Below, one piece after another: positions 41,067 to 52,654 of a stretch of 64,000 bases of DNA. This DNA is from Tubulanus polymorphus (Eukaryota > Animalia > Nemertea). The position numbers and the translations under genes are program-made. The DNA is taken from the NCBI RefSeq assembly GCF_964204645.1, contig NC_134025.1, positions 21,742,299-21,806,298 on the forward strand, written 5' to 3'. Below the pieces are notes generated by a model. It worked only from the letters and a program-made list of their open reading frames with translations, was not told the origin of the DNA and did not search any database. Position 1 is the stretch's first letter, and each line of letters starts with the position of its first letter.

Positions 41067-43232
41067 AACCAGGGTCATGAACCAAATACCAGGGCTGTGA
41101 ACCAGACTTTGACTCTCTGTTCACCAAACCAGGGCCGCGAACCAAATGTTGACTGTTTGGTGACCAAACCAGGGCCATGAACCAAAAGTTTGAATCTTTG
41201 GTCACCAAAACATGGCTGTGAACAAAACTTTGAATCTTCGGTCACCAAACCAGGGTCGTGACCAAACTTTGACTCTCAGGTCATCAAACCAGGACCAAGA
41301 ACCGAACATTGACTCTTTGGTCACCAAACCAGGGCCATGAACCAAAAGTTTGAATCTTTGGTCACCAAAACATGGCTGTGAACAAAACTTTGAATCTTCG
41401 GTCACCAAACCAGGGCCGTGACCAAACTTTGACTCTCAGGTCATCAAACCAGGACCAAGAACCAAACATTGACTCTTTGGTCACCAAACCAGGGCCATGA
41501 ACCAAAAGTTTGAATCTTTGGTCACCAAAACATGGTTGTGAACAAAACTTTGAATCTTCGGTCACCAAACCAGGGCCGTGACCAAACTTTGACTCTCAGG
41601 TCATCAAACCAGGACCAAGAACCAAACATTGACTCTTTGGTCACCAAACAGGGCCATGAACCAAACATTTGAATCTTTGGTCACCAAAACATGGCTGTGA
41701 ACAAAACTTTGAATCTTCGGTCACCAAACCAGGGCCGTGACCAAACTTTGACTCTCATGTCATCAATCCAGGACCAAGAACCAAACATTGACTCTGGTCA
41801 CCAAACCAGGGCCATGAACCAAAAGTTTGAATCTTTGGTCACCAAAACATGGCTGTGAACAAAACTTTGAATCTTCGTTCACCAAACCAGGGCCGTGACC
41901 AAACTTTGACTCTGGTCACCAAACCAGGGCCATGATCCAAAAGTTAGAATCTTTGGTCACTAAAACATGGCTGTGAACAAAACTTTGAATCTTCGGTCAC
42001 CGAAACATGGCTGTGAACAAAACTTTGACTCTCAGGTCATCAAACCAGGACCAAGAACCAAACATTGACTCTTTGGTCACCAAACCAGGGCCATGAACCA
42101 AAAGTTTGAATCTTTGGTCACCAAAACATGGCTGTGAACAAAACTTTGAATCTTCGGTCACCAAACCAGGGCCGTGACCAAACTTTGACTCTCAGGTCAT
42201 CAAACCAGGACCAAGAACCAAACATTGACTCTTTGGTCACCAAACCAGGGCCATGAACCAAAAGTTTGAATCTTTGGTCACCAAAACATGGCTGTGAACA
42301 AAACTTTGAATCTTCGGTCACCAAACCAGGGCCGTGACCAAACTTTGACTCTCAGGTCATCAAACCAGGACCAAGAACCAAACATTGACTCTTTGGTCAC
42401 CAAACCAGGGCCATGAACCAAAAGTTTGAATCTTTGGTCACCAAAACATGGTTGTGAACAAAACTTTGAATCTTCGGTCACCAAACCAGGGCCGTGACCA
42501 AACTTTGACTCTCAGGTCATCAAACCAGGACCAAGAACCAAACATTGACTCTTTGGTCACCAAACAGGGCCATGAACCAAACGTTTGAATCTTTGGTCAC
42601 CAAAACATGGCTGTGAACAAAACTTTGAATCTTCGGTCACCAAACCAGGGCCGTGACCAAACTTTGACTCTCATGTCATCAAACCAGGACCAAGAACCAA
42701 ACATTGACTCTGGTCACCAAACCAGGGCCATGAACCAAAACTTTGAATCTTTGGTCACCAAAACATGGCTGTGAACAAAACTTTGAATCTTCGGTCACCG
42801 AAACATGGCTGTGAACAAAACTTTGACTCTCAGGTCATCAAACCAGGACCAAGAACCAAACATTGACTCTTTGGTCACCAAACCAGGGCCATGAACCAAA
42901 AGTTTGAATCTTTGGTCACCAAAACATGGCTGTGAACAAAACTTTGAATTTTCGGTCACCAAACCAGGGCCGTGACCAAACTTTGACTCTCATGTCATCA
43001 AACCAGGACCAAGAACCAAACATTGACTCTGGTCACCAAACCAGGGCCTTGAACCAAAAGTTTGAATCTTTGGTCACCAAAAAATGGCTGTGAACAAAAC
43101 TTTGAATCTTTGACCAAACTTTGACTCTCAGGTCATCAAACCAGGACCAAGAACCAAAAGTTTGAATCTTTGGTCACTAAAACATAGCTGTGAACCAAAC
43201 TTTGAATCTTTGGTCACCTAACCAGGGCCATG
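41067..43232. repeat. Satellite: ~160-bp higher-order repeat of four ~40-bp subunits, ~13 copies
   Basis: Identical 68-aa pseudo-ORFs spaced 160 bp apart; subunit tcaccaaaccagggccatgaaccaaaagtttgaatctttgg. Confidence 0.95.
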
Positions 43233-43607
43233 AATGAATGTCCGAAGCTATAAAGTCTATAAGAACAAGTTATTTATGTTGTGTTCACGATTCTATTTGA
43301 GAATGAAATGATTTACGTGGAAATAATGACGTTGATAATGTAAGAATCATTTGTATACAATATTGTATAACAAGTGCTGCAGCTGCTACTGGTTTTATTG
43401 GCAACCTGTGAGAGATTCTCTAAATCAACAAACATGTTTCTGTCATTGATTCATTGCTGCTTGTCTCTACAAGACGTATAAATTTGACATATAAACTTGA
43501 TCCCAGTTGGAACCTATTAGTGCCAGTCAGAAGACAAATGATAAAATGAGAAAAGCCAATAAGAAAAAGCCATATGAAAAGAAAAAAAAATGAAGCGAAT
43601 GTAAAAC

Positions 43608-44366
43608 TATGGTGGCTGATAAGGGCCATAGCGTAAAATTCCTGGTATGTAAATGAGGGCGCCAGAACGCCAGAACGCCAAAACGAAAAAAAACGTCAAA
43701 TTTTCTCTGAAAGTTCGTTTTGGCGCGCCAAAACAAAGAAAATTCCGTTTTGGCGCCCCCGCCAAAACGAACTTTCATTTTGGCGCCCCCGCCAAAACAA
43801 CGAAAAATGTCGAAATTTCTCTAAAAGTTCGTTTTGGCGCGCCAAAACAAAGAAAATTCCGTTTTGGCGCCCCCGCCAAAACGAACTTTCATTTTGGCGC
43901 CCCCGCCAAAACGAACTTTCGTTTTGGCGCCCCCGCCAAAACAACGAAAAACGTCGAAATTTCTCTAAAAGTTCGTTTTGGCGCGCCAAAACGGAGAATA
44001 TTCCGTTTTGGCGCCCCCGCCAAAACGAACTTTCGTTTTGGCGCCCCCGCCAAAACGAACTTTCGTTTTGGCCCCCCCGCCAAAACAACGAAAAACGTCG
44101 AAATTTCTCTAAAAGTTCGTTTTGGCGCGCCAAAACAAAGAAAATTCCGTTTTGGCGCCCCCGCCAAAACGAACTTTCATTTTGGCGCCCCCGCCAAAAC
44201 GAACTTTCGTTTTGGCGCCCCCGCCAAAACAACGAAAAACGTCGAAATTTCTCTAAAAGTTCGTTTTGGCGCGCCAAAACAAAGAAAATTCCGTTTTGGC
44301 GCCCCCGCCAAAACGAACTTTCATTTTGGCGCCCCCGCCAAAACGAACTTTCGTTTTGGCGCCCCG
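43608..44366 (+). repeat. Left TIR with subterminal array (5 higher-order units, 19 palindromic subunits)
   Basis: 144-bp unit with 30-bp-spaced ttttggcgc(g/cccc)gccaaaa palindromes; the first unit is 114 bp. Confidence 0.95.
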
Positions 44367-44444
44367 GAAACGTGTCTACTCCAGATGCTGACATACAAAT
44401 TATGTACATACGCATACGTACTCGTGCACGACCGCTTAATTATA

Positions 44445-46577
44445 ATGGACACCGTTCGGACTTGTATCCTTTTACGTAATAAAGACCAAGTTGCTCAACG
44501 GTCGATTTTGCTGTTGATCTTGTTGATGATCTTAACAGATTCCTCTAGTTGATGATACTGTTAGGAAGCTTTTTGCAGATGGGTACACAAATGCAGAAAT
44601 GAGGATTGCCATGTTATCTAACTTCGGAATAACTATTAGGTACGTATATATAAATTCCATGGCCTACATCAAGATGGTCTAAGAATAGATTTTAATTGTC
44701 TGCAGCTACGTATGGGCACTGCCATTTTTATTCAATATTACTCCTTATAATGATGTGATATAGTAGTTTAGTTCACAAACCGTCTTGTTTATTTTAAACT
44801 TTCAGTGAACGCCACCTCAAACGACAATTGAATAGGTTAGGTTTGAAAAGAAACAACAATTACGTTCTCAATGACGTAACCGCTGCAGTCGAGGAAAGTA
44901 ATCCGAATTTTTGAATTGATGCTTATATCTGATAGAAATTGAAAATGTCTTTTGGGTTTAAGATTATGTTCTCTGCATTATTACAGGTTGAGCTTGCTGG
45001 CAGCGGATGTTGCATGGGATATCGTGCTATGTCACAACGTCTCCGTCAACGCTACGGAATAAGAGCCCCTAGGTAAGATGTATGATCGGGTGGCTACCTA
45101 CACGGTTAATTCCTGACATGATAAATGAGGGCGCTAAAGTACCAAACACTTCACTCATGTGTTATATGATTGTTTACTTCTAGGTCTCTAGTTTCCAATA
45201 TCCTTCAGAATTTAGACTTCGAAGGAGTACAGAATAGGACCCATGGAGTTTTAAGACGACGACGTTACTTTAACAAGGGTCCCAATTATCTTGTCCATCT
45301 CGATGGTTATGACAAGCTCAAGCCTTTTGGTTTCCCGATTCATGGGTGTATAGATGGGTAAACATAATATATAATTGATATATCCATAAAGATATTATTT
45401 CCACCTATCAACAGCAGTTGCTATAAGTTCAGAATTTGGTTTGTCGAACATGTTCATAAACACAGTCTATATTTAAAAGATTTTCCTGACGAATCCTTTG
45501 GTTAAGAGTTGGAAATACTAATAATGACCCAGAGGTGGTTGCGTGGTACTTTTTAGATTTCGTTCAGGACATTGAAGGTAGATAGAATTGTCATATATAA
45601 ATACACAATGTGCCGAAATTATGCCTGGTAAAAATTATCTGTTATCAATCGTCGATTAAGATAATACTCTGACCGTCATCTTTATATCATCATTCAGCAG
45701 TTCCTCGCTGCATCCGTATGGACGCTGGAACCGAAAATGGCAGAATTGCAGCGATTCAGAAGGCCTTTAGAGCAGAATATGACGACGAAACGTGCGTTCT
45801 TGTGGGTAGATCTACGAGTAATCAGGTTCGTGGTGTCATTAATATGGGTAGATTTGGACAATCCCCATTTCTGCGCTAGAACCAACTTAAGATACTTCAA
45901 AACTCACCAATTATTTTATTTTTCTTTGTTTTAAGCGCATTGAACGATGGTGGCGAAGTCTTCGAAACGAAGTTGTTCAGTTTTGGATGAACGTATTTAA
46001 AGATATGGAGGAAAATGGAAGTCTATCTACCGCGGACGTTGTGCACATGTAGGTTAAATACCCGCCTTTAAAGCGCGTGGCGATTTTTTGTGATCCACGT
46101 AGTAATTTCCCTTTCTCCAATATTTTTCAGTCAAACCTTAAGATACTGTTTTTTTGATTTGATAAATGCCGATCTTCAGGATTTCGTGCAGGAGTGGAAT
46201 ACACATGCCATCAGGCCTCAACGAAATGTGGATGTTCCACCCGGAAAACCTGATCTATTATACTTCTCGCCGGAATATTACGGTACGAAATACGCTGTAT
46301 AAAAATGAGCATAGGTTTCTAAGTTTACGATGTTTTTATCACTTCTTGATAATACGAAATAATATTTTCAGGCACGATAGACTACAAATTTCCAGTGGAC
46401 GCTGGACTACTTCCGCAAATTCGAGAGGAATTTTGTAGTAAGCCGAATGAATCGAGAGGCTGTGATCCGGACTTTTCAGCGATGTGTGATCTTATAACGA
46501 GGCAGGGACAACAATCAAGACCGACATCAACCCCAGAAGCCGCTGCTTTGTATGACTGGCTATTAACTCAATTCTGA
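44445..46577 (+). pseudogene. Spliced IS3/integrase-like DDE transposase, ~384 codons; exons 44445-44453, 44539-44639, 44806-44893, 44987-45072, 45184-45357, 45480-45577, 45698-45825, 45936-46048, 46131-46282, 46372-46577
   Basis: N-terminal HTH-like region (GYTNAEMR..GITISERHLKRQLNRLGL); GYRAMSQRL; catalytic HLDGYDKL (D at 45302), RMDAGTEN (D at 45721), NQRIERWW (E at 45942); WNTHAIR. In-frame TGA at 45487 and a non-canonical donor gaaagt at 44894. Confidence 0.88.
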
Positions 46578-47299
46578 GAGCATACATGTTAGAATCATTT
46601 TTATACGTATCTGTCCTGCACGGTTTATGTGTTGTCTGTTCATGATGTATTTCGAAGATTCAAATATATCTATGATACACGTTACGCGTTGAAAAGAATA
46701 TGATTGTAATTTTTCATGGATTCATGCGACTGTTTGGGCTTAGTAATACATCATACTAACACTACCCATGTTTTAATTCGCTATCCAACCCCATCTTAAG
46801 TAGGTGTCTCAGAAATAGAATACGCGTGCCATCAATTTACATGGAGAATTATCTGCGAAAGCGTACTCCAGTATCCGCTATTCTCAAAACGCTTCAGAAT
46901 AAATTTGCGTATGGTTCAAAAAGATGTATTTTTGATTAAATTTATTTTGAGAAAGTTCTATGAAGCGGTTGTTTAAAAAGTGGTCTTATGGACAAGTCAC
47001 ATATCTTTCATCCTCGCATGCCAGGGGTCTGGTATCGCACCCCGAACTCGTTTCCACCACCCCCTGGCCTCACGACGCGTGATTTCATTACTGGTTGAAA
47101 TACCTCCTTGTACGTTGATTGGTCCATTTAACGGGAAAATCAACAGAAGCCTATAATATCGTTTGCTTAAAGCGCTGTGATTGGTACGACCGGATTCTGG
47201 TCGGCTAGTAACGACTCCAACGACTCGCGAGGTCAAGGGGTTCGGGGAACACGGCTTTAGCTTAGTGAATTCGATTCCCACGACAGGTGAAGATGCATA

Positions 47300-47473
47300 C
47301 ATTGGAACCTCGTTACAACGAACCTCTGGGGACCAGAAAATATTGTTCATTTTAACAGATATTTCGTCATATCCAGTGTGAAATTAATCAAATTGTCTAA
47401 TGTGGGACACAATCTTGTATTTGTTATGTCCGATGAATCGTTGTATCCCAGTTAGTTATAACGAGTTCCACTG
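47300..47473. mobile_element. Tc1/mariner-type MITE nested in the large transposon
   Basis: ta|cattggaacctcgttacaacg...gttataacgagttccactg|ta. Confidence 0.7.
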
Positions 47474-48182
47474 TATCTCTATATGAATGTGCAATTTTGA
47501 CAGTATATAATTTAATCGTGTTCGAATACGTGCCAATGACACTTTCGTACTACGATATCATTTGCAGCTCGAGTGAAAGTGAGACACCATGAAAGAACGA
47601 AAACGCAATGAAGTGAAGATATTTGAATATTTTAATCGAAGTTTCAAAGTTTCTCTTAAAAGCCTTAAAACATTATCTACGTTTTAATACCGTGTTGATA
47701 CAATATATCAATATGTACTTAAAGATGATTGTCTTACAATTTCGAGACAAAACATAACTTGACAGCAGAGAAGTGGCACCCCCAAATCGCCCTGTTTTCA
47801 ATACAAACAAAAAACGTATTTGGTCATGATTGATTCCCTAATTTGAAACGACAAATATAAGGAGCAAGTTTAACAGCTCTCGGTAAGGTTTGACTCGAGA
47901 GTCAAGTCGGTTTTTTTCAATATTTCCAATGCTTTAACTCTAGAGTCAAACTTAACCGAGAACTGTAGAACCTGGTCAAAATGCACTGCATGAATAATTA
48001 CTTCTATCATCAAAAAGATCGTCACTAAGTAATTCTATGATAAAAGAAACGACATCAGGGCTGGCAATATTAAAAATAAACACACCACTTTTGGCCTAAA
48101 CAAAAGAACTTAAACACGTTTTGATCCAACTTTGAAAATATGAAACTTACGTGGATTACGTCATTTCGTTTCTAGAATAATT

Positions 48183-50785
48183 TTATACGACGTCCATAAC
48201 CCAAACATTGCTCTGGAGAATATTATCGAATTCTTGTTTCAGTTCGACGTATTCGTCATATGTTTCTGGTAACTCCAATATCTGGGCACATGTTCGAGCA
48301 ACTGGAGCTCGTTGGAGACCGTCTACCTTAGTAAAGGTCACGTCAATCTTTTGGCAGTTACAGATGTCAGAACCAGTACAATAGCGGAGGAACTTAGACA
48401 ACATGCTTTCATCCAATGATCTGACATATCTCTTCAGTAACGTAGCAACATTTGACTGAGGAGCTGACAAAACGTTTGGAAAAGAAAGTAATTCTACCAC
48501 TTTGCGACAGGAGGGTTTAAGATCCGTACAAAGATCGAGGTACTGTTTATATGATATTGTTACATATTTCTGTATCATAGGTTTTATACAATCAACTATA
48601 AATCTCGGCTTTTGCACCAATTCCTGGTGACTAATTTCCCGAATCAACATGGAGAAGTTCTCCTTCGTAGGAAGTTTCCGACATTCATATCCCCCCAGTA
48701 TGTCTATTATCTCTTCGACGTCATTTGCTTCATCATCGAAATTAGCCAATGCGCGTCGAAATACCAGCTCCTCAGACGGAGAAACATATTTCAGGAATGA
48801 TTCGACCAAGTCTACGCTATCATCCTGCTGGAAGAACAATTCGGAAACAAATGGCTGCGCGAGGAATATTGGGAAATATGATGTTTCCTGAAATCCTTTA
48901 CTGATGATGCGTCCTACAGCCTCCCATTTCTCTGTGCCATAATCATGGCGTATGAGAGGGATCATCTGACTACTACCCGTCATACATTGCTTTCTAAACT
49001 CTGACCAAAATTCAGTAAGACACTCTCGAAAGACACCGTGTCCTTCTCCGGCTTCAACATTTCCATTAGGGAGTATCATTCGAGCATTTATTATTTTCCC
49101 CATCACCGATGCATCACAAAAAGCGTTTATCATATCTTCGACCATGGCTGTTCTGCGAACCAGAAGGTTGTATTCTTCCCGTTCAATGCGATTAATCTCT
49201 TCTTGTGATAACTCGCCACTCGTCTGTACTCTGAATTGAATTGTAGGCGTATCAGGCTGTATCAATTCGAAATCATTAAAGTTGATATCTGCTATACCAT
49301 CACGGGAATGTGTATCATTTGCACCCGTATGTATGCCAACAGCACCGGTAGGCACATAACCAGACTGAATCCCGGCCGCAAATGGAGTTGAAAGTGTATG
49401 GGCAGATTGGGTATGCGTAGTTAAAACGATAGGTTGAATATCACTACTAGCCGAAATTGTAGATGAGGCTGCTGGCGTAAACGACAATGCCGGTTGCATC
49501 AACGAAAACATAGGTAAAGTTGACTCAGAAATCGGTGGCTGGTGGGTATTAGCAAGAAAGGATGACATGGATGGCAAGGATGTTTCATCATCACTATCGT
49601 CAACTAAAACAGTTGTGTGAAGATAGAGCCTAATAGGGTTTGTTTTATGTGCTGCGATGTAGGCCTCTAGACCAAAAACATTACCACACTCAAGATAATC
49701 ACATAACCGATTACCATTGAAATTTGCTAAGTAATAGCTCACATCATTGATTTTTAGGTTCATCGCATTCGATTTGCCGTCTGGAAAAAATAGGTTTAAG
49801 AACTCCATGGTTAAGGCCGACAAGTTCATTTCTTTTTTCAGGTCCAAAGTGTGTGTCCCCCCACCCTTGCTTGCAGTAACTAGTACAAAGGTCCCGCTTT
49901 TGATGGCGTGTTTCCAACCTAGTTTTATTCGTCGTGTATCTTTCTCTGCATTTTTTGTCGTCATTGATTTCTTGGTGCCGGCCTTCCGTTTTTGAAATTG
50001 CGTTCTCAACCTGCACAAAACACTAGATGATCCTGAAAATGAAATAATAAAGGAAAGTGTTATATATTTCAAGTAAACAATTTACAAATTTGTAAAAAGA
50101 TCCATTGATCGCAGACCCGTCGTAAGTCGAATCGCAAGGATAGAACAAGTTCTATTTCAGCGATGAGTTATGCGTCAAATGACCTTTGGACTCGGCGATG
50201 ATTGAATCGTTGTCGATCTGACTGTGACAAACGAATCGCCAATCGGCGGTCACGTGTTTACTACCGCTGTTTTTACGACGAGATGGTCGTCGTAAGTCGA
50301 CCTCAGCTTAGCTTAATCACGAGAAATAGGCACAAGCCTTCATAACCTCTCTAAAAGTATAACCCTCTGATAGCACAATCTCATGGACAGAATTGAATTA
50401 GCGTAACGGTCAGTGACAACGGTCATGAAAGTTGGAATTAAGCACGTGATTTATCTTAAAACTCAAATTATTACCTGCACTAGACACATTTTCATCTTCT
50501 TTAGGCTGAGAATTTACTATCCTACACCTATTCCTTAGCCGGACTCTATCCCCGATAGCTGTAACTCCTGCTGCTTCAAAATCACTATCTGTCATGGTCG
50601 TGACGTCACTAACACCTATCTGGATGAGAAATTAAAATATGATACATTTTCAGAAGTTATGGCCCTATAGCATTACCAATCGGGGCAAGTCTGTGTATAC
50701 ATAAAGTATTGAAACACGGTACCTTATTTTCGAGAAACTTTGCAATGTATTGGCCTAATCCCAATTCTAGGAGTATGTTGTCCAT
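48183..50785 (-). CDS. SAM + putative ubiquitin-like + HECT E3 ubiquitin ligase (G2E3-like HECT), 685 aa; exons 50785-50723, 50619-50475, 50032-48183
   Basis: In-frame GT-AG joins; SAM signature MDNILLELGLGQYIAKFLENKIGVSDVTTMTDSDFEAAGVTAIGDRVRL; HECT motifs EAGEGHGVFRECLTEFW, KFLRYCTGS, PVARTCAQILELPETY (Cys at 48288-48290); no stops. Confidence 0.88.
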
Positions 50786-51464
50786 CTGTAAAGAAGACAT
50801 TTACGAATTAACGCCATTGAATGATTATAATTCATTAGTTTTCACTAATGCAGACCGAGCAAAATAATCGTCGCTTACAATGATTAGGCAGTACGAGAGA
50901 AACGGCTCACGTCGAAAACTTAGAATACTACCAGTACGTGTTATATTGCCTGCGCATACCAGAGAACGACATCGGTTTTTTTAATATGTTTTCAGCGGCC
51001 GAAAATCAATCGATTTTTAAAATATATTGGCATATTAAAGAACAAAGTTTATGAATAGGCCTATGTGAGCTAAGCAATGCGAGGCAATGTATAGGATTTA
51101 AATGATACCAGGGGCTGATCCAGCATTTTTTAAGGAGTGGGGGTCGAGGGGGTACGGTGGTGCTCTGCTGGTCATCCCGAGAAATCTTAAAAACTTAGTC
51201 CCATTTTCATGAATTGTAAGCGTTTTTAGGCGCTACTTGATCATCTCATACATTTAAGATGTAGGCCTAACATGTCTACTTTGAAAAGTAGTTTTCCAAG
51301 TGGGAGGGGTTCTCGAGGACCCGAAGCAACCCCTGCATTTAACCCTGAATAGGCTACATACCTGTTCGTTAGTCCGTTAATGTATACACCACCACCATCG
51401 ACAACGATATGTATTATCACGTATACCTAGATCCGACTCGTAACAAAATCGAAGGGAGACGAAT

Positions 51465-52438
51465 CGGATTTTCAAAGAAAGTTCGACGTTTTTCGCTGTT
51501 TGGCGGGGGGCGCCAAAACGAAAGTTCATTTTGGCGGGGGCGCCAAAATGAAAGTTCGTTTTGGCGGGGGCGCCAAAACGGAATATTCTCCGTTTTGGCG
51601 CGCCAAAACGAACTTTTAGAGAAATTTCGACGTTTTTCGTTGTTTTGGCGGGGGCGCCAAAACGAAAGTTCGTTTTGGCGGGGGCGCCAAAATGAAAGTT
51701 CGTTTTGGCGGGGGCGCCAAAACGGAATATTCTCCGTTTTGGCGCGCCAAAACGAACTTTTAGAGAAATTTCGACGTTTTTCGTTGTTTTGGCGGGGGCG
51801 CCAAAACGAAAGTTCGTTTTGGCGGGGGCGCCAAAATGAAAGTTCGTTTTGGCGGGGGCGCCAAAACGGAATTTTCTTTGTTTTGGCGCGCCAAAACGAA
51901 CTTTTAGAGAAATTTCGACGTTTTTCGTTGTTTTGGCGGGGGCGCCAAAACGAAAGTTCGTTTTGGCGGGGGCGCCAAAATGAAAGTTCGTTTTGGCGGG
52001 GGCGCCAAAACGGAATATTCTCCGTTTTGGCGCGCCAAAACGAACTTTTAGAGAAATTTCGACGTTTTTCGTTGTTTTGGCAGGGGCGCCAAAACGAAAG
52101 TTCGTTTTGGCGGGGGCGCCAAAATGAAAGTTCGTTTTGGCGGGGGCGCCAAAACGGAATATTCTCCGTTTTGGCGCGCCAAAACGAACTTTTAGAGAAA
52201 TTTCGACGTTTTTCGTTGTTTTGGCGGGGGCGCCAAAACGAAAGTTCGTTTTGGCGGGGGCGCCAAAATGAAAGTTCGTTTTGGCGGGGGCGCCAAAACG
52301 GAATTTTCTTTGTTTTGGCGCGCCAAAACGAACTTTCAGAGAAAATTGGACGTTTTTTTTCGTTTTGGCGTTCTGGCGTTCTGGCGCCCTCATTTACATA
52401 CCAGGAATTTTACGCTATGGCCCTTATCAGCCACCATA
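51465..52438 (-). repeat. Right TIR with subterminal array (6 higher-order units, 24 palindromic subunits)
   Basis: Reverse complement of the left TIR; the outer ~100 bp differ at about one position. Confidence 0.95.
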
Positions 52439-52458
52439 TAAAACAGCATAAAATGCTG

Positions 52459-52654
52459 ATATAAAGAATGGGGTCCGAGAGCAATTCGAAGGTTTATTGT
52501 CCTGCTGGCCTAGATGGCGGGCAGGGGTCTATTCCTACCTCGACTCAAAAACACAGAGAAGAATATAAAGAGTGGGGTCTGAGAGCAATTCGAAGGTTTA
52601 GTGTCCTGCTGGCTTAGCGGGCTGGCAGGGGTCTATTCCTACCTCAACTCAAAA
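52459..52654 (+). repeat. Two tandem ~104-bp copies
   Basis: atataaaga.tggggtc.gagagcaattcgaaggttta...cctacctc.actcaaaa occurs twice. Confidence 0.85.

Larger units (their letters stand above)
43608..52438 (+). mobile_element. Complete IS3EU-like DDE DNA transposon (8831 bp) with HECT E3 cargo
   Basis: TSD TAAAAC at 43602-43607 and 52439-52444; termini TATGGTGGC...GCCACCATA; long TIRs; internal DDE transposase and convergent HECT gene. The superfamily call rests on recalled IS3EU hallmarks (TAY..RTA ends, 6-bp TSD). Confidence 0.9.

Noticed and set aside
41202-42484. Four identical 68-aa ORFs
   Set aside because: Artefacts of the 160-bp satellite
43715-44366. CRISPR-like look (palindromic repeats with spacers); also the 41-43 kb array
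   Set aside because: The spacers are themselves repeated, there are no cas genes, and the context is eukaryotic
43653-44552. Long ORFs of FGAPAKTN / FWRGRQNE repeats (also 43696-44415, 51377-52393, 51409-52464)
   Set aside because: They are translations of TIR arrays whose unit lengths are multiples of 3 and are open on both strands; no evidence they are proteins
43608-52438. Polinton/Maverick (6-bp TSD, long TIRs, integrase-like gene)
   Set aside because: No pPolB, ATPase, protease or capsid; termini are TAT rather than AG-type; too short and intron-rich
52459-52654. Structured-looking tandem unit tested by eye as an HDV, twister or pistol ribozyme
   Set aside because: I could not fit the required helices or conserved nucleotides
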